From the IMG/VR virus record IMGVR_UViG_3300017763_000007: a stretch of 64,000 nt of DNA. One strand, given 5' to 3'. The notes beneath the pieces were generated by a model. That model saw only the letters and a list, made by a program, of their open reading frames with translations. It searched no databases and was not told the origin of the DNA. The DNA comes from a virus. A program made the position numbers and the translations under genes. Below are positions 45,957-55,882 of this stretch, in pieces (the first letter of the stretch is position 1; every line of letters starts with the position of its first letter).

Positions 45957-47531
45957 ATGAGTAACCCTTGGGCACAGACGTATGATGATTTGCGTCGTCC
46001 TTATCTCGAAGAGAAGAAAGCAAAGAAAGATTATGATGGCGACGGCAAAGTAGAAAGCGGTTCAAAGGAACACGCTGGTGCCGTTCATAATGCTATCCAA
46101 CGTGCCAAGGGTGGCAAAGCGGACGGCAAGGACACCCGTAAAGAAGCATTCAGCATGGCTGCTGACCCTGAGAAACGGGCACTACCTCGTCCTACTAAGA
46201 AGGCAGAGAATAAAAAAAGTATGAGCATGAGGTCTCGTGCTGTAAAGGCAGTGGGCACTCAGCGTCGCCAAGATAAGGAAGTTGGTATTTCTGGGGAGAA
46301 AAACCCAAGAGCACACCGTAAAGAAAGTGTCTGGGCTGGTAATTATCAAGGTCCTCTTTATGCTCCTTGGACTGCCGTCGAAGAAGGTAAGAAAGGTCTC
46401 TGGGCAAACATTCATGCCAAGCGTAAGCGTGGTGAGGCACCTGCCAAGAAAGGTGACAAGGACTACCCAAAGACTTTGAACGTCGAAGGTAATGTGGAAG
46501 AGGGTTACAAAGAACTCTCAAGAGATAAGAGAAACAAGATGTTCCGTAAGGCAGGTAACCTGTCACGTACAGCACTACAAGGTGGTGACAAAGGAACTGA
46601 GGCACACAAGAAGTCTGGTAAGATTGTCAAGGCACTGAACAAGGATGCTGAAAAGAATAATAGAAACGATGTGAAGAAAGAGGAAACTGCCGTTCAAGAA
46701 GGCAGCATGTCAGCAGCACGTAAAAACGTTGGTGCTTCTACTTGCTGGAAAGGTTACAAGGCAAAAGGAACCAAGACCAAGGGTGGTCGCACTGTCCCCA
46801 ATTGCGTCAAGGAACATTCTGATTGGCGTGAGGAAATGGGGGACGACGGTTTTTTTTCCGAAGCCGCTAAGCGTCAAAACGATTTAGACATCAAGACGAG
46901 CGGCATCAAAAACAAAATCGAGATCAACCCTGAACTCAAGACTGAGGGTGCGTGCTCCGATAAACCCATGGAACGTCTGAAGACTGACCGTGATGGTTAT
47001 CGTGTTACTCAAAAAGATGCCGATGCTGCTAAGGCACGGATCATGGCGAAGACAAAGAAGAAGCGGGAGCAGGCAAAAGAAAACATCATGAAGGGACCTC
47101 TCCTTCCTGGTGAAGCACGTAAGGTATTCCCCAAGGGTGCTGCACCTAAATCGACTGGTGCAAAACTGCCTCTTCAAACGGCATCATACAATCCGATGCT
47201 TGACTCTGTAGAAGCACAAGCACTCCAGATGATTGAGCGTACTCGTTACGCCAAGGAAACTGGAAAGGATCATAAGACTGGGAAAGCATCTGAGAAAGGT
47301 GGAACCCGTGATGGTAAGAGTGCCTTTGATAAAGTCAGTCGCAATATGCGGAAGACTGGTGGCATGATGTCCTCTCGTGGTAAAGCGATCCAACCGCAAG
47401 GTAAAAAGAAGGATAAAGGTGCTAAAGGTTATCAAGGACAAACTCCTGTAGATAAGATCAAGGGTCAACTCGCCAAGAAGAGAGCACCAAAACCAAACCC
47501 ATACAAACCACGTGCTGGGGAGTCTGATTGA
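45957..47531 (+). CDS. large basic modular protein, probable internal virion protein
   Basis: Lys-rich modules separated by (L/V/I)xE sites; CWKGYK...VPNCVKE module. Confidence 0.65.
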   Translation: MSNPWAQTYDDLRRPYLEEKKAKKDYDGDGKVESGSKEHAGAVHNAIQRAKGGKADGKDTRKEAFSMAADPEKRALPRPTKKAENKKSMSMRSRAVKAVGTQRRQDKEVGISGEKNPRAHRKESVWAGNYQGPLYAPWTAVEEGKKGLWANIHAKRKRGEAPAKKGDKDYPKTLNVEGNVEEGYKELSRDKRNKMFRKAGNLSRTALQGGDKGTEAHKKSGKIVKALNKDAEKNNRNDVKKEETAVQEGSMSAARKNVGASTCWKGYKAKGTKTKGGRTVPNCVKEHSDWREEMGDDGFFSEAAKRQNDLDIKTSGIKNKIEINPELKTEGACSDKPMERLKTDRDGYRVTQKDADAAKARIMAKTKKKREQAKENIMKGPLLPGEARKVFPKGAAPKSTGAKLPLQTASYNPMLDSVEAQALQMIERTRYAKETGKDHKTGKASEKGGTRDGKSAFDKVSRNMRKTGGMMSSRGKAIQPQGKKKDKGAKGYQGQTPVDKIKGQLAKKRAPKPNPYKPRAGESD

Positions 47532-48340
47532 TGAAAAGTTTTAGAAAATTCCTTGAAGATGTAGAACTTACTGATGCATATGGTGAGACTTTTGCTGTCA
47601 TTCATGACGTAGTAAAAGTTGAACCATTGAAACGTGCTAAATTTCCGAACGCCCCATTCCGTGAGGATGATGTAAACGAGGTAGAGGAAGGTTTCAAGAC
47701 TCAGTATGGTAAGAAAGATAAGATGGCTCAGTCTTCTGAAAGGAAGACCTTGGGTCGTCGTTCTTCTACCAAAGATGGGTCTAAACCCACTGGTTATGAA
47801 TCTCCAAAAGAGTTTCGTGACAAGTCTATGCCTCTCCGTAAATTCCGTGATCGGTTTCAAAAAGAAGGTATTGTTACTGGTGCATTAGCAGGTGCTGCAT
47901 TAGTTGGTGGTGTTGCTTCTATCATGAATAATGCAAGGAAAGCTGCAAGTAAAGATAATCACAGTGATAAATCAGTTGGTAAACCAACTCTTCAGGGTGT
48001 AGCATCTGGGATTAGAAATAGAAATGCTGCTTTGCAAAAGGCAATGAACAATTCTTTTGATCCTATTTCTGCTGGTGTTGCTACGTATCTTGAAGGAGCA
48101 TCCTGGACAAAAAAGTCCGGTAAGAATCAGGAAGGTGGTCTCAATGAAAAAGGACGCAAGTCCTATGAGAAAGCAAACCCTGGTTCAGACCTAAAAGCAC
48201 CCACGAAAACTAAGGGGAATCCTCGTCGTTCTTCGTTCTGTGCACGCATGAAAGGGATGAAAAAGAAGTTGACTTCTAAGAAAACTGCATCTGATCCAGA
48301 CAGCAGAATCAATAAGTCACTTCGTAAGTGGGATTGCTGA
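47531..48340 (+). CDS. probable internal virion protein
   Basis: MKSFRKFLE N-terminus; C-terminal GKNQEGGLN...RRSSFCARM...RKWDC module. Confidence 0.65.
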   Translation: MKSFRKFLEDVELTDAYGETFAVIHDVVKVEPLKRAKFPNAPFREDDVNEVEEGFKTQYGKKDKMAQSSERKTLGRRSSTKDGSKPTGYESPKEFRDKSMPLRKFRDRFQKEGIVTGALAGAALVGGVASIMNNARKAASKDNHSDKSVGKPTLQGVASGIRNRNAALQKAMNNSFDPISAGVATYLEGASWTKKSGKNQEGGLNEKGRKSYEKANPGSDLKAPTKTKGNPRRSSFCARMKGMKKKLTSKKTASDPDSRINKSLRKWDC

Positions 48341-48369
48341 ATATATAGTGTGATGTTGCTATGTAACTG

Positions 48370-48570
48370 ATGGCTTTTTTACTTCCAATCGCATCCAAAA
48401 TTCTTATGGATGCTGTCGCTAAGATCCCCGAGAACGAGGAACTGGGCGAACTGATGATCAATGTTTGCGTCACTATCCTTCGCAAGGCGGTTGCAATGAC
48501 TAAGACCGAGATGGATGATATCCTCCTCGAACAAGTTGTTGCTGCTATCAAAGTAAAGGACGACGCCTAA
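48370..48570 (+). CDS. conserved hypothetical protein
   Basis: LLPIASKIL...TEMDD. Confidence 0.6.
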   Translation: MAFLLPIASKILMDAVAKIPENEELGELMINVCVTILRKAVAMTKTEMDDILLEQVVAAIKVKDDA

Positions 48571-48571
48571 C

Positions 48572-48578
48572 CTAAATA
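48572..48578 (+). promoter_or_regulatory. late promoter (CTAAATA)
   Basis: Upstream of 48606. Confidence 0.6.
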
Positions 48579-48605
48579 TCTAAACGACTAACCAACGAGA
48601 AACAC

Positions 48606-49172
48606 ATGGCACTTTGGGGAGCATCTGACGCAGACGAATCTAAACCCAAGAATTTGACTGCGACAGAAAAGAAAGAAGTTTATGCTACTGATGCAGGTTG
48701 GGTCCTTCGAGGCGGGTCTGCTCTCACTGGTTGTGATAATACTGATGCCACCCCTGAGGTGCTTGTTGCAATCAGTGGACTAGCAGTTTCTGTTGGTTCT
48801 GCTGATATTACTAACATCGATCTTATTACTTCATCCTTCAGCAAAGCTGCTGGTGGTACGTTGTCTGTTCGTGTTACGTTCAACGAAGAAGTGGATGTTA
48901 CTGGTACTCCTCAACTCGAAGTTGCCAACGATACCAATAGCAACCATACCCTTTCCTATCTTTCAGGTACGGGTACCTATCGTCTCCTGTTCACGCTCGC
49001 CATTGCTGCTGGCAATGCCGCAACTGATGCAGATGACGTTCTGTCCATCGGTGCTGATGCTGTTTCCTTGAATGGTGGCACGATCAAGGACAAAGGTACG
49101 AGCACTGTCTCTACCATCACAAACTCCGCCGCAATTGGTACCGCTGCAGGGTCAATTACTGTAGTTGCATAA
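48606..49172 (+). CDS. structural protein (Ig-like)
   Basis: MALWG start; VTFNEEVDVTGTP and YLSGTGT..L.F beta-sandwich pattern. Confidence 0.6.
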   Translation: MALWGASDADESKPKNLTATEKKEVYATDAGWVLRGGSALTGCDNTDATPEVLVAISGLAVSVGSADITNIDLITSSFSKAAGGTLSVRVTFNEEVDVTGTPQLEVANDTNSNHTLSYLSGTGTYRLLFTLAIAAGNAATDADDVLSIGADAVSLNGGTIKDKGTSTVSTITNSAAIGTAAGSITVVA

Positions 49173-49179
49173 CTTCTAA

Positions 49180-49554
49180 ATGCGATTTGATGAACTAAAT
49201 GATGATAACTATTTGCTCTTCGCTATAAAATATTACGAAAATCCTCTTGCGGCAACAATGGAGGATTTTCAAAATGATATGAGGCGGTTCAAATATATCA
49301 AAAGATTATTCAAAAAATATTTGAATCAGGGAGGTGAACTAAAGTATCATCTGATCCTGAATCATCTCATTATTTGTTTCAATATCTTCGATGAAGGCGC
49401 TGTTCCTTTGTTATTCTACAAAATAGATCGTGAGTATTGGTCAATGCTCAAAACGTTTCTTATATTTTTGAATAGAATTCCAGAGTACCCAAAATCTGGA
49501 CTAGATGATCTAGAGATTGATGATGAAGTATACTCTATACTAAATTCGATCTGA
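49180..49554 (+). CDS. conserved T4-like hypothetical protein
   Basis: FAIKYYENP, RFKYIKRL, LILNHLII. Confidence 0.75.
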   Translation: MRFDELNDDNYLLFAIKYYENPLAATMEDFQNDMRRFKYIKRLFKKYLNQGGELKYHLILNHLIICFNIFDEGAVPLLFYKIDREYWSMLKTFLIFLNRIPEYPKSGLDDLEIDDEVYSILNSI

Positions 49555-49736
49555 TGGATGACGCCAAGCTTCAAAGGATTCTAAATATTCTACGAGAGGA
49601 TGTCCCCACGAATAGTATTTCGGGGGGAAAGATTGCAGGTTCTCAAGAAGCTGGTGACGATCCTCCGGTGCGGAGGAAAAAAAAGAAATACGCTTACCTA
49701 GGACCACGTTCACGTAAAACTTGGATGCCGAAGTGA
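49554..49736 (+). CDS. small conserved protein
   Basis: LREDVPTNSISGGKIAG motif. Confidence 0.6.
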   Translation: MDDAKLQRILNILREDVPTNSISGGKIAGSQEAGDDPPVRRKKKKYAYLGPRSRKTWMPK

Positions 49737-50113
49737 ATCAAGACCAAGTCAATACCGCTATCCTAGAGAGATTAGAAAAGGTTGTTGAATCTTTGCAGGA
49801 TAATTCTGTAAAGATGGGTCAACTCCTTGCTGTCCATAACGAAAAACTTTCAAAACAGGATGAGATTGATTCTGTTTTGTTTCATAAAATTGATGAACTT
49901 CGTGCTTTCACTCAAGAGGAAACAAAGAAGATCAAACATGGGTGTGAGCGTGATATTCGTCTAGTTGATTTGCGTCTCCGGTCAATTGAGAAGAAGATGT
50001 GGAGCATCGCTGGTGCTCTTACGATCATTAGCATCGCTGTCTCCCCTATTGGGGTAAGATTTTTTTCTCTATTGACACCTCAGTCCACTAGTGCTATGGT
50101 GACAGCGAAGTAA
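49721..50113 (+). CDS. coiled-coil protein with C-terminal TM
   Basis: LAVHNEKL; TM WSIAGALTIISIAV. Confidence 0.65.
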   Translation: MDAEVNQDQVNTAILERLEKVVESLQDNSVKMGQLLAVHNEKLSKQDEIDSVLFHKIDELRAFTQEETKKIKHGCERDIRLVDLRLRSIEKKMWSIAGALTIISIAVSPIGVRFFSLLTPQSTSAMVTAK

Positions 50114-50124
50114 GACACGGTAAC

Positions 50125-51096
50125 GTGCTCCACATTGATGCCAAATACATTGGGTTGGTATCAGCTCGTCTCGACAAGTTCAAACGTGTAAAGGATCATC
50201 TATACACGTTTCGGTGCCCTTATTGTGGGGACTCCAAGAAGAACAAGAATAAGACACGAGGATACATATACCAAGTAAAGACTGACTACAACTTCAAGTG
50301 CCATAACTGTGGTGAGTCAAGGTCTTTTACATATTTCCTGAAAGACAGGGACCGTCAACTGTACGATCAGTACATTCTTGAGCGGTATAAGGAAGGGATC
50401 ACTGGCATTGGATCAGTTGCTCCTAACTTTGTGTATACAGGTAAAAAACCAGTCTTCAAAACGAAGATGGACTTACCTAGAGCAACTGAAAATGCAGATT
50501 CTGTAAGGTATTTGACCAAACGTGGTCTAGATCCAAAGGATTATTTCTACGCTGAAAAGTTTCAGAGGTTCTGCAACACATACAAACCTACGTATGACAA
50601 CATTACACGTGATCATGCACGTATTGTCATACCAATGTACAGTGAGAGTAAAAAACTAATTGGGTTTCAGGGTAGGGCGTTGGACAATTATGTGCAACCT
50701 AAATATCTCACCATGATGCTTGATGAGGAACATCCAAAGATCTACGGGTTAGATAAAATTGACAAAAAAGAGACCGTCTACGTCACAGAAGGACCATTTG
50801 ACTCCACTTTCCTTGGGAACTCTATCGCTATGTGTGGTAGCGATGTTGACCTTGGCACTATGGATTATAAGTTCGTATTCGTCTATGACAACGAGCCCCG
50901 TTCCAGGGAGATCGTCTCTAAAATTGCTAAGACCATCGCAAAGTCGTATCCGGTAGTTATTTTTCCATCATCAGTTCATGAAAAGGATTTGAATGACATG
51001 CATCTTGCTGGACAGGATGTCCAAAATCTGATAGAATCTAATACCTACAAAGGATTAGAGGCGACATTGAAACTTCAAACGTGGAAACGGGTATGA
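50125..51096 (+). CDS. gp61: DNA primase gp61
   Basis: RCPYCGDS..FKCHNCG zinc finger, GFQGR, TEGPFDS, YDNEPR. Confidence 0.96.
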   Translation: MLHIDAKYIGLVSARLDKFKRVKDHLYTFRCPYCGDSKKNKNKTRGYIYQVKTDYNFKCHNCGESRSFTYFLKDRDRQLYDQYILERYKEGITGIGSVAPNFVYTGKKPVFKTKMDLPRATENADSVRYLTKRGLDPKDYFYAEKFQRFCNTYKPTYDNITRDHARIVIPMYSESKKLIGFQGRALDNYVQPKYLTMMLDEEHPKIYGLDKIDKKETVYVTEGPFDSTFLGNSIAMCGSDVDLGTMDYKFVFVYDNEPRSREIVSKIAKTIAKSYPVVIFPSSVHEKDLNDMHLAGQDVQNLIESNTYKGLEATLKLQTWKRV

Positions 51097-53387
51097 GCAA
51101 CGGCACCAAGGTAGTAAAGCGTAACGGTTCTATTGAACCTTTAGACCTTGATAAGATGCATTTGATGGTAGAGAAAGCATGCGAAGGACTCGCTGGCGTC
51201 TCTGCATCTCAAGTAGAAATTCAATCAGGCATTCAGTTCTTTGATGGTATCAGCACTGCTGAGATCCAAGGAATCTTGATCAAATCTGCTTCGGATCTTA
51301 TTTCTCTGGAAGTACCTAACTACCAGTTTGTTGCTGCTCGTTTGCTCCTGTTTTCCATCCGTAAACAACTTTACGGTTTGATTGATGACATTCCACCTCT
51401 GCAGGGACACATTTCTAAGTGTGTTGAGATGGGTGTTTACGATGCAAACATCCTAGATAAGTATGACAGTAAAGAGATCGCAATACTTGACACCTATATT
51501 GACCACGACCGTGACTATCTGTTTACTTTTGCCGGTCTCCGTCAAGTAGTTGATAAGTATCTGGTCCAAGATCGTAGTAATGGGGAAGTCTTTGAGACTC
51601 CTCAGCAAATGTATATGATGATTTCGGCAACTCTGTTTGCTAACTACCCCCAAGAGACTCGCCTGTCATATGTCAAACGGTACTACGACGCAATCAGCAA
51701 ACACAAGATCAACATCCCAACGCCCATCATGGCAGGCGTCAGAACACCCCTTCGACAATTTGCTTCTTGCGTTCTTGTTGATGTTGCTGACACCCTCGAT
51801 AGTATCTTTAGCTCTGATATGGCTATTGGCAAATACGTTGCACAAAGGGCGGGTATCGGTATCAACGCAGGTGCAATCCGTGGCATCAACGCTAAAATCC
51901 GAGGCGGAGAGGTTCAACACACAGGTGTTATCCCCTTCCTCAAAAAGTTTGAATCAACTGTACGATGCTGCACACAAAACGGTGTCCGAGGTGGGTCAGC
52001 GACTGTCCACTTTCCAATCTGGCATCAAGAGATAGAGGACATCATTGTTCTCAAGAACAACAAAGGCACAGAAGACAATCGGGTACGAAAACTTGACTAC
52101 TCAATCCAAATTTCAAAGATTTTCTACGAACGTTTCATCCAGAATGGAGAGATTAGCCTCTTCTCACCGCATGACGTACCGGGTCTGTATGATTCCTTTG
52201 GTACTGACAGGTTCGATGATTTATATGTGGAGTTTGAACGAGATGAGTCTGTTCCAAGAAAGACTATCGGGGCACAGGACCTAATTCTAAACATCCTGAA
52301 GGAGAGAGCAGAGACTGGTCGTATTTACATCATGAATATCGATCATTGTAATACTCACTCTTCGTTTACTGATAAGGTGTCGATGAGTAACCTTTGTCAG
52401 GAGATTACACTTCCCACAGACCCCATTGATCACATCGATGGAGCAGGTGAAATTGCTCTTTGTATCCTGTCTGCTATCAACGTAGGTACAGTGCGATCTG
52501 ACACTGAACTGGAAGATTATTGTGAGTTAGCTGTTCGTGCTTTGGATGAACTGATTGAGTATCAAGAGTATCCTGTCAAAGCAGCAGAAATCAGCACAAA
52601 AGCACGTCGCTCACTGGGTATTGGGTTCATTGGTCTGGCACACTATCTTGCTAAACTTGGATACAACTATGATAGTCAAGAGGCATGGGATGCAGTTCAT
52701 CAACTGACGGAATCATTCCAGTATTATCTTCTCAAAGCGTCTAATAAATTGGCAGAAGAGAAGGGTGCATGTGGATACTTCGATCGGACTAAATATTCTC
52801 ACGGTCAACTACCAATAGATCATTATAAGAGTGACGTTGACGAGATTACAACTGCTGAATTGCAACATGATTGGGATAGTCTTAGGGTATCTATCTCCGA
52901 GCATGGACTACGGCACTCAACACTGTCCGCACAGATGCCTTCGGAGAGCAGTTCCGTTGTGTCAAATGCCACCAACGGAATCGAACCCCCGCGTGATTGT
53001 CTGTCCATCAAGAAAAGCAAAAAGGGGCCTCTCAAGCAGGTTGTTCCCCAGTATCAACGCCTGAAGAATCAGTACACTCTTCTCTGGGAAATGAAAGGTA
53101 ACCGAGGTTACATCAATGTGGTTTCTGTTATGCAGAAATTCTTTGATCAAGCAATCTCTGGTAACTGGTCGTACAACCCCATTGACTATGACAACAACGA
53201 AGTCCCGGTGTCTGTCATGGCGAATGATCTTCTAACCACATACAAGTATGGCTGGAAGACTTCTTATTACCAAAATACAAATGACCTCAAGTCGGACGAG
53301 ATGGAAGAACCGGCAGTAGATCTTGCAAGTTTAGTTGCTAGTATCCAAACTGAAGACGAAGAAACCTGTGAATCCTGTGCAATTTAG
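51093..53387 (+). CDS. nrdA: ribonucleotide reductase class Ia alpha subunit
   Basis: ATP cone, PTPIMAG, SCVL, SNLCQE, MPSESSS, C-terminal CESC. Confidence 0.97.
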   Translation: MSNGTKVVKRNGSIEPLDLDKMHLMVEKACEGLAGVSASQVEIQSGIQFFDGISTAEIQGILIKSASDLISLEVPNYQFVAARLLLFSIRKQLYGLIDDIPPLQGHISKCVEMGVYDANILDKYDSKEIAILDTYIDHDRDYLFTFAGLRQVVDKYLVQDRSNGEVFETPQQMYMMISATLFANYPQETRLSYVKRYYDAISKHKINIPTPIMAGVRTPLRQFASCVLVDVADTLDSIFSSDMAIGKYVAQRAGIGINAGAIRGINAKIRGGEVQHTGVIPFLKKFESTVRCCTQNGVRGGSATVHFPIWHQEIEDIIVLKNNKGTEDNRVRKLDYSIQISKIFYERFIQNGEISLFSPHDVPGLYDSFGTDRFDDLYVEFERDESVPRKTIGAQDLILNILKERAETGRIYIMNIDHCNTHSSFTDKVSMSNLCQEITLPTDPIDHIDGAGEIALCILSAINVGTVRSDTELEDYCELAVRALDELIEYQEYPVKAAEISTKARRSLGIGFIGLAHYLAKLGYNYDSQEAWDAVHQLTESFQYYLLKASNKLAEEKGACGYFDRTKYSHGQLPIDHYKSDVDEITTAELQHDWDSLRVSISEHGLRHSTLSAQMPSESSSVVSNATNGIEPPRDCLSIKKSKKGPLKQVVPQYQRLKNQYTLLWEMKGNRGYINVVSVMQKFFDQAISGNWSYNPIDYDNNEVPVSVMANDLLTTYKYGWKTSYYQNTNDLKSDEMEEPAVDLASLVASIQTEDEETCESCAI

Positions 53388-54555
53388 AAAAACTTCCGCC
53401 GACAAGAGTATGTCTGTCAAAGGCATGACTGTGTTCAATGATACTCACGTGGACACTAAGACTCAACCAATGTTTTTTGGGGCACCTCTGGGTGTTCAAC
53501 GATACGACTCATACAAGTATCCGGTCTTTGAAAAACTGACTAATCAGATGCTTGGATACTTCTGGCGTCCTGAAGAAGTGTCTCTTCAGAAGGACCGTGG
53601 AGACTATAAGACTCTGCGTCCTGAGCAGAAGCACATCTTCACATCTAACCTGAAGTATCAGATTCTTCTGGACTCTGTGCAGGGTCGTGGTCCTGGTATG
53701 GCATTCTCTCCATACTGTGCTCTTCCTGAGTTGGAAGGTGCTATGAATGTGTGGCAGTTCATGGAGATGATCCACTCACGTTCTTACACTTACATCATCA
53801 AGAACATCTATCCAGATCCTGCTGAGGTCTTCGATACCATCCTGGATGATGAACGTATCCTGGCACGTGCTAAGAGTGTCACCAAAGCATATGATGACTT
53901 CTTAGAAGTAGCAAATGAGTGGGGTGCTGGTAACATGTGGACAGCAGACTATGCTGATTCACCTACTGCCGTCTACACCCGTAAGGAACTGAAGCGTCGC
54001 TTGTATCTGGCAATACAAAACGTCAATATCCTTGAAGGTATTCGTTTCTATGTGTCTTTTGCTTGTTCGTTTGCCTTTGGTGAACTGAAACTGATGGAAG
54101 GATCTGCCAAGATTATTTCTTTGATTGCACGAGATGAGAACCAGCACACTGTGTTGACTCAACAAATTATCAAGGCATGGCAGAAGGGTGATGATCCTGA
54201 GATCGTGCAGATCATCAAGGAAGAAGAGCAAACTGTCATTGATATGTTTGCCAATGCAGTGGCAGAGGAGAAGGAGTGGGCACAGTATCTGTTCAAGGAT
54301 GGCAGCATGATTGGTCTCAACGACAAACTCCTCGTCAAGTATGTGGAGTGGATCGCTAATAAGCGTATGCGTGCGATCGGTTTGAAACCCCTATACGACG
54401 CTCCAATCCATTCTAATCCTCTTCCTTGGACTGAGCACTGGATCTCTTCTAAGGGTCTTCAGGTCGCCCCACAGGAGACGGAGGTGGAGTCCTATGTTGT
54501 TGGTGGTATCAAGCAGGATGTTCAGAAGGATTCGTTCAGTGGATTCCAACTCTAA
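53377..54555 (+). CDS. nrdB: ribonucleotide reductase class Ia beta subunit
   Basis: FWRPEEV, EMIHSRSY, EGIRFY, RDENQH, APQETE; exact start uncertain (GTG 53377 or ATG 53410). Confidence 0.96.
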   Translation: MQFRKTSADKSMSVKGMTVFNDTHVDTKTQPMFFGAPLGVQRYDSYKYPVFEKLTNQMLGYFWRPEEVSLQKDRGDYKTLRPEQKHIFTSNLKYQILLDSVQGRGPGMAFSPYCALPELEGAMNVWQFMEMIHSRSYTYIIKNIYPDPAEVFDTILDDERILARAKSVTKAYDDFLEVANEWGAGNMWTADYADSPTAVYTRKELKRRLYLAIQNVNILEGIRFYVSFACSFAFGELKLMEGSAKIISLIARDENQHTVLTQQIIKAWQKGDDPEIVQIIKEEEQTVIDMFANAVAEEKEWAQYLFKDGSMIGLNDKLLVKYVEWIANKRMRAIGLKPLYDAPIHSNPLPWTEHWISSKGLQVAPQETEVESYVVGGIKQDVQKDSFSGFQL

Positions 54556-54577
54556 TTGGAGAAAAGAATATCCGAAG

Positions 54578-54712
54578 ATGAAGAGACTGTCTTTGAGGGA
54601 AATGGAACTCCTCAAGAATGGACCAGACAGTCTCGCATCTGCGTGGAGACTTCAAGCAATGTATAAAAATTATGAGGAATTGAAAGATGAAACGGGTGCA
54701 ACTAACAACTAA
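54578..54712 (+). CDS. small hypothetical protein (44 aa)
   Basis: LLKNGPDSLASAWRLQAM. Confidence 0.55.
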   Translation: MKRLSLREMELLKNGPDSLASAWRLQAMYKNYEELKDETGATNN

Positions 54713-55154
54713 CTTTTATAAAAGAGTTCAAGGTTATTGGTCCCTAGATCTCGCTACATGTCATAAAGAAGCATTTGAGATGCTGAATGACATAGACAGT
54801 CCACTATTGTTGGAACTATACGCTTACTCTAATGATCATTATGTTGCTAAGAATTGGAGTGGTAAAACTCTAGGTGAATGGTGGTGGGATAATCGATCAC
54901 CTGAGTGGGCATATAAGTTTATGAATGATATGCATAATCTTTACTATGAATTTAGTAAAAGAACCTTAGTTCAGGATGGAGTGACTTATAGATTGTCTTA
55001 TGTTGATATGCACCCTGGGAATGTTTTAGTAAACCAGCATGGTGTCCCAAAGGTTATTGATTATGATTCTATAGGTTGGGTCCGAGAAAAAAATATTACA
55101 TACTATCAGGCAAAAGCTACATATGCTATATCACACTTCCTAGAATTAGAATGA
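54687..55154 (+). CDS. minimal kinase-like (PKL fold) protein
   Basis: YVDMHPGNVLV catalytic loop and KVIDYD Mg-binding motif. Confidence 0.65.
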   Translation: MKRVQLTTNFYKRVQGYWSLDLATCHKEAFEMLNDIDSPLLLELYAYSNDHYVAKNWSGKTLGEWWWDNRSPEWAYKFMNDMHNLYYEFSKRTLVQDGVTYRLSYVDMHPGNVLVNQHGVPKVIDYDSIGWVREKNITYYQAKATYAISHFLELE

Positions 55155-55882
55155 AATTTTATTTTGATGGGGACTCTTTCACTTATGGTGGTAGTCTAGA
55201 CAAGGTAGGTGCAGTTGCAGAAGAAGTTAGGTGGTCTAAGTTAGTATGTGATCACTTTGGTGCTGAAGAAATAAACTTATCTACTGGTGGTGCTAGCAAC
55301 GATGCAGTTATGAGGCATACGTTCGGTCAACCCACTACTGAGGTTCATGACTTTTATTTTTTTCAAACCACTATTCCTAGTAGAGGTGAGATTTTTGACC
55401 CTAGAAAACATAGATGGGAATACCCAGTAACCGGGGCAGAAACCGGCAACGAGGGGTGGATAAAATATGGTCTGAATGAGGATGTAGAAACCAGATGTAT
55501 GGAACGATGGGGACCTATAGAAGGACCAAAGTTTATACAGTGGATGCGGTTTGGATTTAGTAGAGTCCATAATGAACATTATGGGAGGACTAAAGAAACT
55601 ATTACATACAATGCATTGAAGGCTTACGTTGCATCTATAGGTCGAGCAAGAAGATCTTTCTTTAGTACGTTAGTGCGTTTTGAAAAAGAAAAACCATGTA
55701 CTGATAATAAGTATGATCTGTATCACATAAACAAAATACACAACTGGCCTAAGCATAAAGTTGTACCACCAGAACTATTGGTATATGATAAAATACCCAA
55801 CGATGGACACCCTTCTGTAGAAGGGCATAAGACAATAGCAAAATACGTTATAGATATAGTAACTGAAAGAATCAAAGATTGA
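55151..55882 (+). CDS. SGNH/GDSL hydrolase-like protein, paralog 1
   Basis: DGDSFTYG, GASND, DGHPSVEGH. Confidence 0.75.
   Translation: MKFYFDGDSFTYGGSLDKVGAVAEEVRWSKLVCDHFGAEEINLSTGGASNDAVMRHTFGQPTTEVHDFYFFQTTIPSRGEIFDPRKHRWEYPVTGAETGNEGWIKYGLNEDVETRCMERWGPIEGPKFIQWMRFGFSRVHNEHYGRTKETITYNALKAYVASIGRARRSFFSTLVRFEKEKPCTDNKYDLYHINKIHNWPKHKVVPPELLVYDKIPNDGHPSVEGHKTIAKYVIDIVTERIKD

Noticed and set aside
6853-54555. Introns, inteins or homing endonucleases in gp17, gp20, gp23, gp43, gp41, nrdA and nrdB
   Set aside because: All are uninterrupted and of ordinary length; no HNH, GIY-YIG or LAGLIDADG motifs noticed
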